Counted from the first letter of the stretch, positions 29,157 to 38,708 are shown. The stretch is 64,000 nucleotides of DNA from an uncultured cyanobacterium (GCA_963703315.1 OY969811.1:4256001-4320000), one strand, 5' to 3'. Translations and numbers: made by a program. Notes: generated by a model from the sequence alone, not told the origin.

Positions 29157-29513
29157 ATGGTTATGAGTACTCCAGTTTTAGAAGCAGATCTAACTGTTAG
29201 CTCGGTAGTAAAATCAGCAGTAAATGTGTTTATAAAAAGTGAGGCTAATGGCAAGGTTAGTGCTATGGTCTTGGGCTTGCCAGAGTATCGTGTAGAAAGT
29301 CGCGATCGCCAATCTGCTCTTGCTGATTTACAAAAACTAGTTACAGCGAAGCTTATAGATGCTGAAGTTGTTTCATTAGAAATCGAAATCCCTCAACCTG
29401 AAAATCCTTGGCTCCGTTTTGCAGGCATTTTTAAGGATGATCAGTCTTTTGATCGAATGCAAGAAGATATAGCTGAGTATCGTCGCGAAAAGGATGCTGA
29501 GTTAGAGAATTAG
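29157..29513 (+). CDS. HicB-like antitoxin
   Basis: A.VLGLPE..V..R..AL, PENPWLRFAGIFKDD. Confidence 0.7.
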   Translation: MVMSTPVLEADLTVSSVVKSAVNVFIKSEANGKVSAMVLGLPEYRVESRDRQSALADLQKLVTAKLIDAEVVSLEIEIPQPENPWLRFAGIFKDDQSFDRMQEDIAEYRREKDAELEN

Positions 29514-29654
29514 ATACGTCAAAAGTTGCGAGTTGGAACTCAAGATTTACGCATTGCGGCGATCGCTTTGTCTGTAAATGGGATAGTCGTAACTCGCAAT
29601 CAAAAGGATTTTGGTAAAGTGCCAAATCTACAAGTAGAAAATTGGGCAGTTTAA
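29514..29654 (+). pseudogene. C-terminal remnant of a VapC (PIN) toxin
   Basis: Translates [47 protein letters not shown]-terminal part missing. Confidence 0.8.
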
Positions 29655-29788
29655 CAAATAAAAATAGAAACGCGATCGCCCCAATCTTGATCTCAGAAAA
29701 AAGCGATCGCCTTTTTCTCTATTACCCTTAACTCTTCCCATTTACGACAATTCGGGGGAATTGCTCATCGGTGTAGAGACGTGCCATT

Positions 29789-30115
29789 TTAAGCTGCCTC
29801 TTGCCTATGAATTGATGCTTCTATCTCATCGATGTGAGTTTCGGCGTAGCGCCATGCGTTTGCTAGGTCTGTTGCGAAGAGGGTGGGATAGTCTTCGAGG
29901 ATGTAGGCTTCGCTTGCACCTTGGCGTTGGAGGCTCACTAGTAGCCATACGGGTATGCGGGTTTGACGGATGCAAGCATCACCGCCCATGACTCTGGGAT
30001 TTTTTTCGATTCCTTGCCATGTGTTGCTGAGGCTTTGGACTAGGATTTGGATTGCTTGAGTTTTTTCTTCGGGGGTTAGGGATAGTAGTTGTGGTTGTAG
30101 TTCTTTGAGTGTCAT
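29789..30115 (-). CDS. DUF433 family protein
   Basis: GIEKNPRVMGGDACIRQTRIPVW; no PIN partner downstream. Confidence 0.88.
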   Translation of the reverse strand: MTLKELQPQLLSLTPEEKTQAIQILVQSLSNTWQGIEKNPRVMGGDACIRQTRIPVWLLVSLQRQGASEAYILEDYPTLFATDLANAWRYAETHIDEIEASIHRQEAA

Positions 30116-30177
30116 GTTATGTCTCCGTTTCTATCGGTAAGTCTCGCAAGTAATAAAAGCGATCGCCCTTTCATTCC

Positions 30178-32130
30178 TCAACCATTTTCCATTTCGGCAA
30201 AATGCTCCATCAGCGATCGATGGATAAATATATAGCCGCCACCAACTTTTTGGAGAAATAGTTTGTCGCTTGCCCAATCGAGAAACTTGGCATAATTACA
30301 AGGGATACGTCCTGTGACATATAGAATTAGGCGTAATACAAAGTGTTTAATACAAGTTAAACCACCAAAGAACAACCAGAAGAATAGTCCAAACATCAAT
30401 CCAAATGTTACAGACCCTCTTAAACCAGAAATTAGAATTTCATTAATACCAATAATAAATTCACCATTATTCCTAGCGAAAAAAGTATTTACTCCAGTAA
30501 GAATCCCAAAAATCAATCCAAAAATCAGAAAGCTTATAAGACCTAAGGTCATAGCGTTATTCGCTGATTGTTGAATGCCTTGATTTGGATAAGTTTTTAA
30601 TTTGACCTCAGATCTAGTCAGACCAACAATTAAGCTACCAATTAACCCCAAGCTTATTCCTATAATTAGTCCAGAAACTAGCCAAATAGATAGCATACTG
30701 ACTAACCCCAAAAATATTCCCGAAGGTATAGCAATACTTATCCCAGCAGGTAGTGCAATAAGAAACCCAGCAATTAGTCCAAAATTCAGCGCTCTCTTAA
30801 ATTCCTTTTTGCATTTTTCCCAAGAAAACCTTACAGATTCTACAGAATTTATTTGTAAAATTAATCCGCCTGTAATTGCGACAATTAGACCACCTATAAA
30901 TCCAAAACTTAAACCTAGATTTATACCAGTATTCAAACCACTTAATAATCCAAAAGTTATTCCAATACTTAATCCAAACATCAGGCTACCAGTTAACAAA
31001 GTTCCAATTTGGTAGAAGATAATTTTTTCTTTGTTCAGCCAATATGGTTGAGTTTTTTCAATCAGAAAAATAGTTTGAGAATACCAAATTATGTGCTTTG
31101 CAATCCAGACAAGCCAACGTGTTGCATCTTGTCGAGAATAATGATAATTCTCTTGAGATTTATAACTTGGATGATATGCTCTTAGCCTTGAGCCTTGAAA
31201 TATACGGTCAACATAGTCATCAAATAATTGTTTCTTGCAATTTGAAGCAATTGTACTTACAGGAATATCTGCAACTTCAATTCCCTGATAAGCAAACACC
31301 ATGATATTGAGTAACAAAGGAGATTGAGATAGCTCTTGCAGTGACTCATCCTCAATTAGCAATGTTTTTAATACAATCAGATTTGACTGAAGGCTATCCA
31401 GATAAGCTTGAATTTGCTCGGTAGTGAGAGGTTGCAGCGCAAGAGCAGATTGCAGTTTTAAGCGATCGCCTAACTCCTCATAATCCTTCATACGACAACA
31501 CACCACCATCTCTGTTGCTTGCTCCTGCTGAAAAGCATTCAACGCCGTCACGCAAGCATTGCGCTTTTCCAAATCCCGAATTTCATCCAAACCATCCAAC
31601 AACAGCAACAATTCCTGCTTCTCCACCCACTGCTGCCCAATCTTCCGAGGTACATCATACTTGCTACTCAGTTCCTCCACAATCCATTTCGCAATAGCCT
31701 GTTTTTCCGTCGCCCAAGAAGAAAGATTTAATACCACAGGAATACGACGATCTATCTCCGCTTCCGCACGAGCAATCAGATCTCTCGCTAATTGCAGCAA
31801 AGTAATCGTTTTCCCCGACCCTGGTTCTCCCAAAATTAGCAGCGTTCCACCTTCTCCCAACTTATCGAAGACATCAATTACAGGTGTACCTGTGGGCAAA
31901 GGTTGACAGGACTTGTCTGGATTAATGATATCCATATTCCAAGGAGAAGCAACCGCACTAGGAAGATTCTCTAATCCGAGAACAATGGGAATCTGCTCAT
32001 GCAGCGACTTCTCTAAAACACCCTCAACCCAAGCAGTCCTAACGTTATTCAGCAGCGCTTTACGATTGCGATACTCGTGCTTCGTTGGAGGAGGAAACTT
32101 TACCCGCTCCTCCCATTCGGGCGGCTGGAG
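30178..32130 (-). CDS. NACHT NTPase with C-terminal transmembrane GLxxGL repeats; reading frame open back to the TGA at 32131-32133
   Basis: GEPGSGKT, LLLDGLDE, SPLLL, GGGYIFIH; 65 open in-frame codons upstream of the first ATG (31935) encode EYRNRKALLNNVRTAWVEGVLEKSLH. Confidence 0.85.
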   Translation of the reverse strand, partial: LQPPEWEERVKFPPPTKHEYRNRKALLNNVRTAWVEGVLEKSLHEQIPIVLGLENLPSAVASPWNMDIINPDKSCQPLPTGTPVIDVFDKLGEGGTLLILGEPGSGKTITLLQLARDLIARAEAEIDRRIPVVLNLSSWATEKQAIAKWIVEELSSKYDVPRKIGQQWVEKQELLLLLDGLDEIRDLEKRNACVTALNAFQQEQATEMVVCCRMKDYEELGDRLKLQSALALQPLTTEQIQAYLDSLQSNLIVLKTLLIEDESLQELSQSPLLLNIMVFAYQGIEVADIPVSTIASNCKKQLFDDYVDRIFQGSRLRAYHPSYKSQENYHYSRQDATRWLVWIAKHIIWYSQTIFLIEKTQPYWLNKEKIIFYQIGTLLTGSLMFGLSIGITFGLLSGLNTGINLGLSFGFIGGLIVAITGGLILQINSVESVRFSWEKCKKEFKRALNFGLIAGFLIALPAGISIAIPSGIFLGLVSMLSIWLVSGLIIGISLGLIGSLIVGLTRSEVKLKTYPNQGIQQSANNAMTLGLISFLIFGLIFGILTGVNTFFARNNGEFIIGINEILISGLRGSVTFGLMFGLFFWLFFGGLTCIKHFVLRLILYVTGRIPCNYAKFLDWASDKLFLQKVGGGYIFIHRSLMEHFAEMENG

Positions 32131-32553
32131 TCAGTTAAATGTAACAGGAGCGTTAAAGACTGGATTCTGAAAATTATTTTTTATTTCGTCGGCTAATTTG
32201 CTGTAGTTCTGAATTATAGTGGGTTGCCCATTAACAGTCTGTACAGTTGTTTGAATTTTCTGTAATAACTCATGATCAGCTTTCACCACCGCCTCAACTG
32301 CCAAAATTGCCTGAGAAACTTCATTATCAGTCTTAGCCACAGATTCTAACTCTGACACCGCCAGTTTAAAATCCGCCGATGGTTCAGCTTGAGCGATCGC
32401 CTCAGTCTTAGCCAGTGGCTTTTTCTTCAGCAAATTTACTAAATTACCGACTTGATGACTAACCGCCTCACCGAGCTTGTCCCCAGTCTTTTCAAATGCT
32501 TTTTTTAGAATTAACGTCCCAACGGCGATCGCGGCTGTAGTCAGTGGCTCCAT
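32131..32553 (-). CDS. 140-aa helical protein (Bell-like N-terminus) with N/Q/F-rich C-terminal motif
   Basis: MEPLTTAAIAVGTLILKKAFEKTGDKLGE start, GAGG SD, ends KNNFQNPVFNAPVTFN*. Confidence 0.8.
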   Translation of the reverse strand: MEPLTTAAIAVGTLILKKAFEKTGDKLGEAVSHQVGNLVNLLKKKPLAKTEAIAQAEPSADFKLAVSELESVAKTDNEVSQAILAVEAVVKADHELLQKIQTTVQTVNGQPTIIQNYSKLADEIKNNFQNPVFNAPVTFN

Positions 32554-32705
32554 AAAAACCTCTCAATATTTGGTGTTAACGCCTTACTACAAAAATTTTA
32601 CCTTGAAATCTTGAAATCATTCTGAGCGATCGCCATTTACTTTTACAGAGATTAAAGAGGCGATCACCCATCAGAGAAATGTGGAATTGAATATGTCTAT
32701 CAAGT

Positions 32706-33026
32706 TCATTCTTCAACAATTGTAACTTGACCTTTACTGGCGGAATCTAGAGCCGCTAAAAGTTTTGATACTAAAGGCTTGAGCGCCGCCAAGCTATTTG
32801 ATGGTGCTTGCAAAACCACTACAGCAATATCGAATTGTGGCAAATTCTGTTGAAAAGATAAATTGCGATCAACCGTCACAAAAACATCAAACTCTTCTAC
32901 TGCAAGAGCTAAAAGCTTTCCGTTTTTGACTCCTGCCCATCCCATCTGCGGAACTGTTTTTACTTCATAGCCAATAATTTCTCTAGCAAATCGGCGATCG
33001 ATACATTCATCTAAAAGAATCCTCAT
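32706..33026 (-). CDS. DUF5615 PIN-like toxin
   Basis: MRILLDECI, MGWAGVKNGKLL, FVTVDRNL.FQQN. Confidence 0.88.
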   Translation of the reverse strand: MRILLDECIDRRFAREIIGYEVKTVPQMGWAGVKNGKLLALAVEEFDVFVTVDRNLSFQQNLPQFDIAVVVLQAPSNSLAALKPLVSKLLAALDSASKGQVTIVEE

Positions 33027-33027
33027 A

Positions 33028-33246
33028 TTATGCCGCCACACTCAACAAGCTTCTTCCTAACTCTTCTAAAAAGTAAATTACCTGTTCCTTAGTCACAGTT
33101 GGAAAACCATCTAAAAAATCATCAATGGATTCTCCATCCTTGAGATAATCCAAAAGCGTCTGCACGGGAACTCTAGTATTCGCAAATACAGTTGTACCAC
33201 CCATAACATCGGGAGATCTGCTAATAAACTTTGAGTCTCTAAACAT
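33028..33246 (-). CDS. DUF433 antitoxin
   Basis: SPDVMGGT.VF.NTRVPVQTLLDYL..G.SIDDFLDGFP. Confidence 0.88.
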   Translation of the reverse strand: MFRDSKFISRSPDVMGGTTVFANTRVPVQTLLDYLKDGESIDDFLDGFPTVTKEQVIYFLEELGRSLLSVAA

Positions 33247-33319
33247 AAATTTGTGATATTTAGATATATTTAATATTTTAGCAACTATTGCTCTAGCGAT
33301 CGCCATCATCAAAAAACAA

Positions 33320-33643
33320 CTAAGCGACTTTAGATAAATCCTTTATTTGAATCTTGATAGAAGCACTTTCTAAACTGCTAAAAGTAAACTCAGTCCTAAA
33401 TCCCAGCTTATCCAACATCGAAAACAGCATATCCAAAGTAAACTTATCAATTTTTCCATTCACAATGTCCGACACACGCGGCTGAGTAACCGCCAACCTT
33501 TCAGCCGCCTCTTTCTGTGTCCAACCTCTATTCTCAATTATGTCTCGAATCATAATCGTCAAGTCAGCCTTCAAAACCGACTTACTAGCGACTTCAGGCT
33601 CCTCGATCGCCTGAAACGGACTTTCGTAAAACTTGATTGCCAT
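33320..33643 (-). CDS. XRE-family HTH protein (HigA-like antitoxin)
   Basis: WTQKEAAERLAVTQPRVSDIVNGKIDKFTLD. Confidence 0.85.
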   Translation of the reverse strand: MAIKFYESPFQAIEEPEVASKSVLKADLTIMIRDIIENRGWTQKEAAERLAVTQPRVSDIVNGKIDKFTLDMLFSMLDKLGFRTEFTFSSLESASIKIQIKDLSKVA

Positions 33644-33777
33644 AAATACTAAGCGTTTTGTCAAATTATACAAAATTTTATATAATTAGTCAAATAAACA
33701 AAAAGATTTGGAGTACTAAATTTAAGCGATCGCCACATCCATAAACCTATCAACAAACAGCGATCAGCTTTTTAATA

Positions 33778-34173
33778 CTAAGAAACACCTAAAAACTTCC
33801 TAAGTGCATTTTTATATACTTTTGGTAAACGTTTTGAAACTATCCCACCTTGCTGTATTTGCGACAGAATAGTAGGAGAAAAACGGCACTTTGGCATACG
33901 GCTACCCACACAAATTACTCTAGCTAATTGCTCACTATCCATCTCACGAGCATCCAGATAATTTATCACCGACTCACGCTTCACAAAATTAGGCACACCT
34001 TCTGTATTGGGTTGAAGAATACAACTAAGATCAGACTTGGCTCTGCGCGTAGTCACATTCACAAATAAATACTTATCGGGAGCAGTTTCCGCGATCGCAA
34101 TATAAAGGTGTTGATCATTCGGAGGTGTCTCCAACAAAAAAGCATCACCCAAATTCACGTTGATGCTTGTCAT
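33778..34173 (-). CDS. Putative toxin (PemK/MazF-like fold) coupled to a Panacea antitoxin
   Basis: GDAFL..P..HLYIAI, VNVTT, FVKRES.I.Y; TAATG overlap with the upstream gene. Confidence 0.55.
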   Translation of the reverse strand: MTSINVNLGDAFLLETPPNDQHLYIAIAETAPDKYLFVNVTTRRAKSDLSCILQPNTEGVPNFVKRESVINYLDAREMDSEQLARVICVGSRMPKCRFSPTILSQIQQGGIVSKRLPKVYKNALRKFLGVS

Positions 34174-34733
34174 TACGCACTCAGAACCTTATCTAAATAA
34201 GCCTCTCTAGCCGCCTCTTGTCTTATTGCCGCAATCTCCTCAGTAGTCTTGCCCATAAACCTCAACACATCATCAACCACAATCGGAATACGCGAACCAT
34301 CAGGATCTTTCCATTCAGGTAGATCGTGCGTCCATTCAGCAACGTCAAAGGGATTAAGATGTCCAAAAGTTCGATAAACCTCTTGAATGATTTCCTCTTC
34401 TTCTTCACAAAGATGATCAGTGCTAGGATCTCTTAATAGATAGATATTGTGGTTAACATCACGGATAGAAATAAACTTTTTCCAAAGTGGTAAAGCACCA
34501 TCAACAGACTTCCCCTTAATCAGATCATACACACCACTGAGAACAGGACCATAATCCATTGAGAAATAACAATCGCCAGTAATTGTTTGTTCTATACGTT
34601 CTAAAGCTATGCGATCGGCTATATAAAGCATCTTCAGCAAACCTAGATATTTCATAGGCTTACCGTGTAACTTTAAAAACATTGCTGCGGCTTCAACAGC
34701 TTTTTGAGGATGAAACCGAAATAAAATCGCCAT
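34173..34733 (-). CDS. Panacea (DUF4065/SocA-like) antitoxin
   Basis: LLKMLYIADR, ITGD.Y.SMDYGPV, WTHDLPEW; start at MAILFRF. Confidence 0.85.
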   Translation of the reverse strand: MAILFRFHPQKAVEAAAMFLKLHGKPMKYLGLLKMLYIADRIALERIEQTITGDCYFSMDYGPVLSGVYDLIKGKSVDGALPLWKKFISIRDVNHNIYLLRDPSTDHLCEEEEEIIQEVYRTFGHLNPFDVAEWTHDLPEWKDPDGSRIPIVVDDVLRFMGKTTEEIAAIRQEAAREAYLDKVLSA

Positions 34734-34896
34734 AACTGGTTTCCTACTCTCAAGGCTCTCAATACTATTATAAAACTTTAACCTTGATAACGATCGCTTT
34801 GAGCATTGCATCGCAGGAGCGCGATCGCTTAAATTTGTCTAGATATCACCATTACTGTTAATCTCTAGTGCAGACGATGATTAACAGGTTTTTTCT

Positions 34897-37488
34897 ATGC
34901 TCTCCAAAGTCCGTTTGCCCTCGTGGGTGACATCTCCGACCTTTATTTTGGGCTTGTTGTGGTTGTTAACCGCGATCGCGGATCGGTTGTGGTTTTCCCT
35001 CGATAATGCCCCACCCGCATGGGATCAAGGTGAGCATCTGAATAAAGCCCTCAATTTCTGGCGGGTATTACAATCACCAGAGCGATTTTCGACTAACTGG
35101 TGGACAGACTTTTGGCAACAGGCTCCCACCTATCGCGCTCCTTTAACTTATCTATTTACGGTTCCGATTTTGCAGTGGATAGGACAAACCTATGATGCGG
35201 CTACCTCTGTCAATCTAATTTTCACAGCGATTTTATTAGCTTCGGTCTATCACTTAGGTAAACATTTATTTTCAGCAACGGTGGGACTTTGGGCGGCTGT
35301 TTTTTGCGCGATCGCCCCATTTCTAGTATTTCAGCGTACAGATTATTTATTGGACTATCCCCTTGCCGCGATCGCTACCTTTAGCTATCTGTGTATGAGC
35401 AAGTGGCGCGATGCTAGAGGTTGGCGGCAGTGGACTTGGGCGATCGCTTCAGGGATTGGGGTTGGAGCTTGTTTTTTAACTCGCGGCACAGGCATTATTT
35501 TTATCTTTCTCCCCTGCCTATGGATAGTGGCGGGGACATTATGGCGCAGACAGTGGATAAGACTGATCCAGTTAGTTTTTCTATTTGTCGCTGCATGGTT
35601 CGTGATTGGCGGCTGGTTTACGACTAACTGGCTAACGATCATTAGTTCGACCTTGCAGACCAATGCCCTTGGCAACACCTTCTATAAGGCTCCTCAGGCT
35701 AATACCCTCGCGGGATGGTTGTTTTACGCGCAAATGTTGCCTGATATGTTTTCACCATTTTTGCTGTTTTCTAGTCTAGGCTGTTGGCTATTATTTAGCG
35801 GTCGCTGGGTTTGGCGAAAGTTAGCGATCACACCTCAGTTAGTGAAGGTAACAACAGAAGAAGCAGAGACATCTCTAGAGGATGCTCCTCAAGATTCCAA
35901 GATTTCAAAAGCTTCAAAAACTGGCTATTCCCCAACTAAATCTAATGCAAGAACTTGGCGCTGGTTAGCCCTATTTACATTAGGAACCTACATTCTCATT
36001 TCTTTGGGAACGCACAAACTTAATCGATTTATTCTGCCTTACTTACCTTCAATGGCGATCGTCCTAGCCTATGGTTTCTCCTTGGGTAAAGGATTATGGT
36101 GGAACGGATTCCGTTATCTCGCAGTATCCCTTGCGGCTCTATCAGTTTTTGTGCATCAGTTCCCTGTCTCCGCAGGTATGGGCGTAATTGGTGATCGCCA
36201 TTTTCCTGATTTAGGGGCAATCTATCCCCATGTAGAACTGATTAATACGATTACCCAAAAGCAACCCTATTTACGTTCTAATTTGGGAGTTCTCACCAAT
36301 ACCGCCCAACTTAATCCGATGACTTTTGATTTTTTTGGCGCAAGTACGGGCTTTCAAGTCTACGGTAGACAAGTTGGCATGAATCCCAAGTATGCAGATC
36401 AAGATGGGCGATCGCTGACTTGGTATATCACTAAAACTGGCGATCAGGGTGACTACACTAATCTAGAAGCAGGACAGGTCGCCCTAAAACAAAAACTGGA
36501 AAGCAGTTCTGATCTTCCAATCGCCCAACAGTGGAAGCTTCCCGATGGTAGTGACTTACGACTCCATCAGCGCGAGCCTTTGCCGCTTACAGTAACGCCT
36601 GTTCAGGGTGCTGCAAAAAGCGATCGCATCCAACTAATATCGGTAAATGTGCCAACGCAAGCCCCAAGTGGTCAGCCTGTTCCCGTCACCTATACATGGC
36701 AGGGCAATTGGGAAAATCTCAAAAATGCGATCGTGGTGCTGACATGGCAACAGCAGAATGGTAAAGCCTATTGGATTCATGATCATGCGATCGCCTTTGG
36801 CAATCTCTATCAAACGCCTACGAGTAATGGAAATACCAATAGTGGAGAATTTCGGGTTACAGAAGTTACGGCTATGTTGCCCCCCGCCACTTTACCGAAT
36901 GATACCTACGTTCTCAAAGCCACAGTTCTAGATCGGAAAACAGGATCTTCTTCATCTTTAAATATTCCTTCTGTGCAAATGCAATTAGCGCCCGTTTTAC
37001 CTCAACCTGCGCCAGAGTTAGATCTACAAACACAGTTAAGTCAGCTTACAACTCTCTTACCTGCTGGCAAACTTGATCCCATCTTTGTGGAACTCGCCAC
37101 AATTAATCAATACGATCCCACTCAAGATTATGTCTTACAAGCAGAAAAGAGTCTGAACTATCGTGTGCAGCAAGCAGATCCTAACGATCCTAATACGATT
37201 CCCCTGCTTTATAATTTGGCTTTCACTTATATTCTGCAAAAACAACCGCAACCCGCGATCGCTACCTTTGAGAAGCTGACCACCCTTGATGCTAAAAACC
37301 CATATTCTTGGACATATTTAGGATTCGTACATTTATATAACTGGCAAGGCGCACAGGCTCAAGCTGCCTTTGACAAAGCGGCTCAAATTGCACCACAATT
37401 ACCTGAATTGCGAACCCTAAATATTGTTGCTGCCGTCATGCAATTTAACATTCCTAAAGCATTGCAATTGCTAAATGCCCCAAAATGA
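34897..37488 (+). CDS. GT39/ArnT-like lipid-carrier-dependent glycosyltransferase with C-terminal TPR
   Basis: PPAWDQ..H, YR.PL.Y, LLDYP, multiple TM helices, K..RFILP, TPR-like tail. Confidence 0.85.
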   Translation: MLSKVRLPSWVTSPTFILGLLWLLTAIADRLWFSLDNAPPAWDQGEHLNKALNFWRVLQSPERFSTNWWTDFWQQAPTYRAPLTYLFTVPILQWIGQTYDAATSVNLIFTAILLASVYHLGKHLFSATVGLWAAVFCAIAPFLVFQRTDYLLDYPLAAIATFSYLCMSKWRDARGWRQWTWAIASGIGVGACFLTRGTGIIFIFLPCLWIVAGTLWRRQWIRLIQLVFLFVAAWFVIGGWFTTNWLTIISSTLQTNALGNTFYKAPQANTLAGWLFYAQMLPDMFSPFLLFSSLGCWLLFSGRWVWRKLAITPQLVKVTTEEAETSLEDAPQDSKISKASKTGYSPTKSNARTWRWLALFTLGTYILISLGTHKLNRFILPYLPSMAIVLAYGFSLGKGLWWNGFRYLAVSLAALSVFVHQFPVSAGMGVIGDRHFPDLGAIYPHVELINTITQKQPYLRSNLGVLTNTAQLNPMTFDFFGASTGFQVYGRQVGMNPKYADQDGRSLTWYITKTGDQGDYTNLEAGQVALKQKLESSSDLPIAQQWKLPDGSDLRLHQREPLPLTVTPVQGAAKSDRIQLISVNVPTQAPSGQPVPVTYTWQGNWENLKNAIVVLTWQQQNGKAYWIHDHAIAFGNLYQTPTSNGNTNSGEFRVTEVTAMLPPATLPNDTYVLKATVLDRKTGSSSSLNIPSVQMQLAPVLPQPAPELDLQTQLSQLTTLLPAGKLDPIFVELATINQYDPTQDYVLQAEKSLNYRVQQADPNDPNTIPLLYNLAFTYILQKQPQPAIATFEKLTTLDAKNPYSWTYLGFVHLYNWQGAQAQAAFDKAAQIAPQLPELRTLNIVAAVMQFNIPKALQLLNAPK

Positions 37489-37518
37489 TAATTTAACGCG
37501 CAGTCAAATAAGGAACCA

Positions 37519-37557
37519 GATTTTCAGTGGCGCGGCTTCGCCGCGCCACTGAAAATC
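37519..37557. repeat. GC-core palindromic dispersed repeat
   Basis: gattttcagtggcgcggc-ttc-gccgcgccactgaaaatc. Confidence 0.75.
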
Positions 37558-37620
37558 GGTTTTTTATCAAATCGCACAACCCTTATCACTCAACAAATAC
37601 ATTCAAATAGAAAATAACTT

Positions 37621-38565
37621 ATGCTTCCCAAATACTCCTTCATTGTGCCAATTTACAATGAAGAAGAAGTAATTCCAGAGCTTTATGCTCGGATTACAGC
37701 GATTATCGATCAGCTAGATAGTTCCTCTGAACTAATTTTTATTAACGATGGTAGTCGCGATCGCTCTTTGTCAATGCTGAGAGAACTTCAGTCAAAAGAT
37801 CAACGGATTTGTTACTTGAGTTTGGCTCGCAACTTTGGGCATCAGATCGCTGTTACCGCAGGATTAGCTTTTGCTAGAGGACAGGTGTGCATCGTTCTGG
37901 ATGCCGATTTGCAAGATCCTCCTGAATTAATCCCCGACATGATCAAACTGTGGGAACAAGGCTATCAAGTCGTTTATGCTCAAAGACTACAGCGCCATCA
38001 AGAGAGTTTATTCAAACGCTTGACGGCTCATATTTTCTATCGCATTCTTAAAAGTCTTGCCGATGTAGATATTCCCACCGATACGGGTGATTTTTGCCTG
38101 ATGGATCGACAGGTTGTGGATGTTCTCAATAAAATGCCAGAGCGCAATCGCTATATTCGTGGTTTGCGATCGTGGGTAGGATTTAAACAAACTGCGATTC
38201 CCTTTGACCGTGACCCACGCTTTGCAGGAAAAGTAAAATATACATTTCGTAAATCTTTTTCCTTAGCTCTGAATGGTTTAGTTTCCTTTTCCAAATCACC
38301 CTTGCGCTTATCCACCTATTTAGGATTGATTGCGGCTTTAGTCGCCATATTTATGGCGCTACTCGTAATTTATTGGCGGATTCAAGAACCCAAATCTCCT
38401 GTAACTGGCTATACGATTATTGCTAGTGCCATCTTTTTCTTGGGGGCAGTGCAGTTATTCTGTATCGGCATTTTGGGCGAATATATTGGCAGGATCTATG
38501 ATGAGGTGAAATGCCAACCTCTATATACACTGGCGGAAGTTAGTGGTTTTGATCAAAGTGAGTGA
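37621..38565 (+). CDS. GT2 polyprenol-phosphate glycosyltransferase (GtrB/ArnC-like)
   Basis: [36 protein letters not shown]; two C-terminal TM helices. Confidence 0.92.
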   Translation: MLPKYSFIVPIYNEEEVIPELYARITAIIDQLDSSSELIFINDGSRDRSLSMLRELQSKDQRICYLSLARNFGHQIAVTAGLAFARGQVCIVLDADLQDPPELIPDMIKLWEQGYQVVYAQRLQRHQESLFKRLTAHIFYRILKSLADVDIPTDTGDFCLMDRQVVDVLNKMPERNRYIRGLRSWVGFKQTAIPFDRDPRFAGKVKYTFRKSFSLALNGLVSFSKSPLRLSTYLGLIAALVAIFMALLVIYWRIQEPKSPVTGYTIIASAIFFLGAVQLFCIGILGEYIGRIYDEVKCQPLYTLAEVSGFDQSE

Positions 38566-38708
38566 TATCGCAATCCAAAATGGTGGAAAGGGTACCCGCA
38601 GGATTCGCTTTCCACAACTCTAGTTAAGTAAGCGGCGATCGCGATCGCGCCAAAATTTGTAGAATAAGTCAAACTAGCTAGTTATAAACTTCGGTTGAGG
38701 TCAACTCT

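Noticed and set aside
29511..29654. Second readthrough case: vapC fragment in frame right after the antitoxin TAG
   Set aside because: Only the C-terminal third of the PIN domain remains, without the N-terminal catalytic residues; a deletion landing in frame by chance is simpler.
32131..32133. Selenocysteine codon
   Set aside because: It is not a Cys-type catalytic position and there are no sel genes in the window; kept only as generic readthrough.
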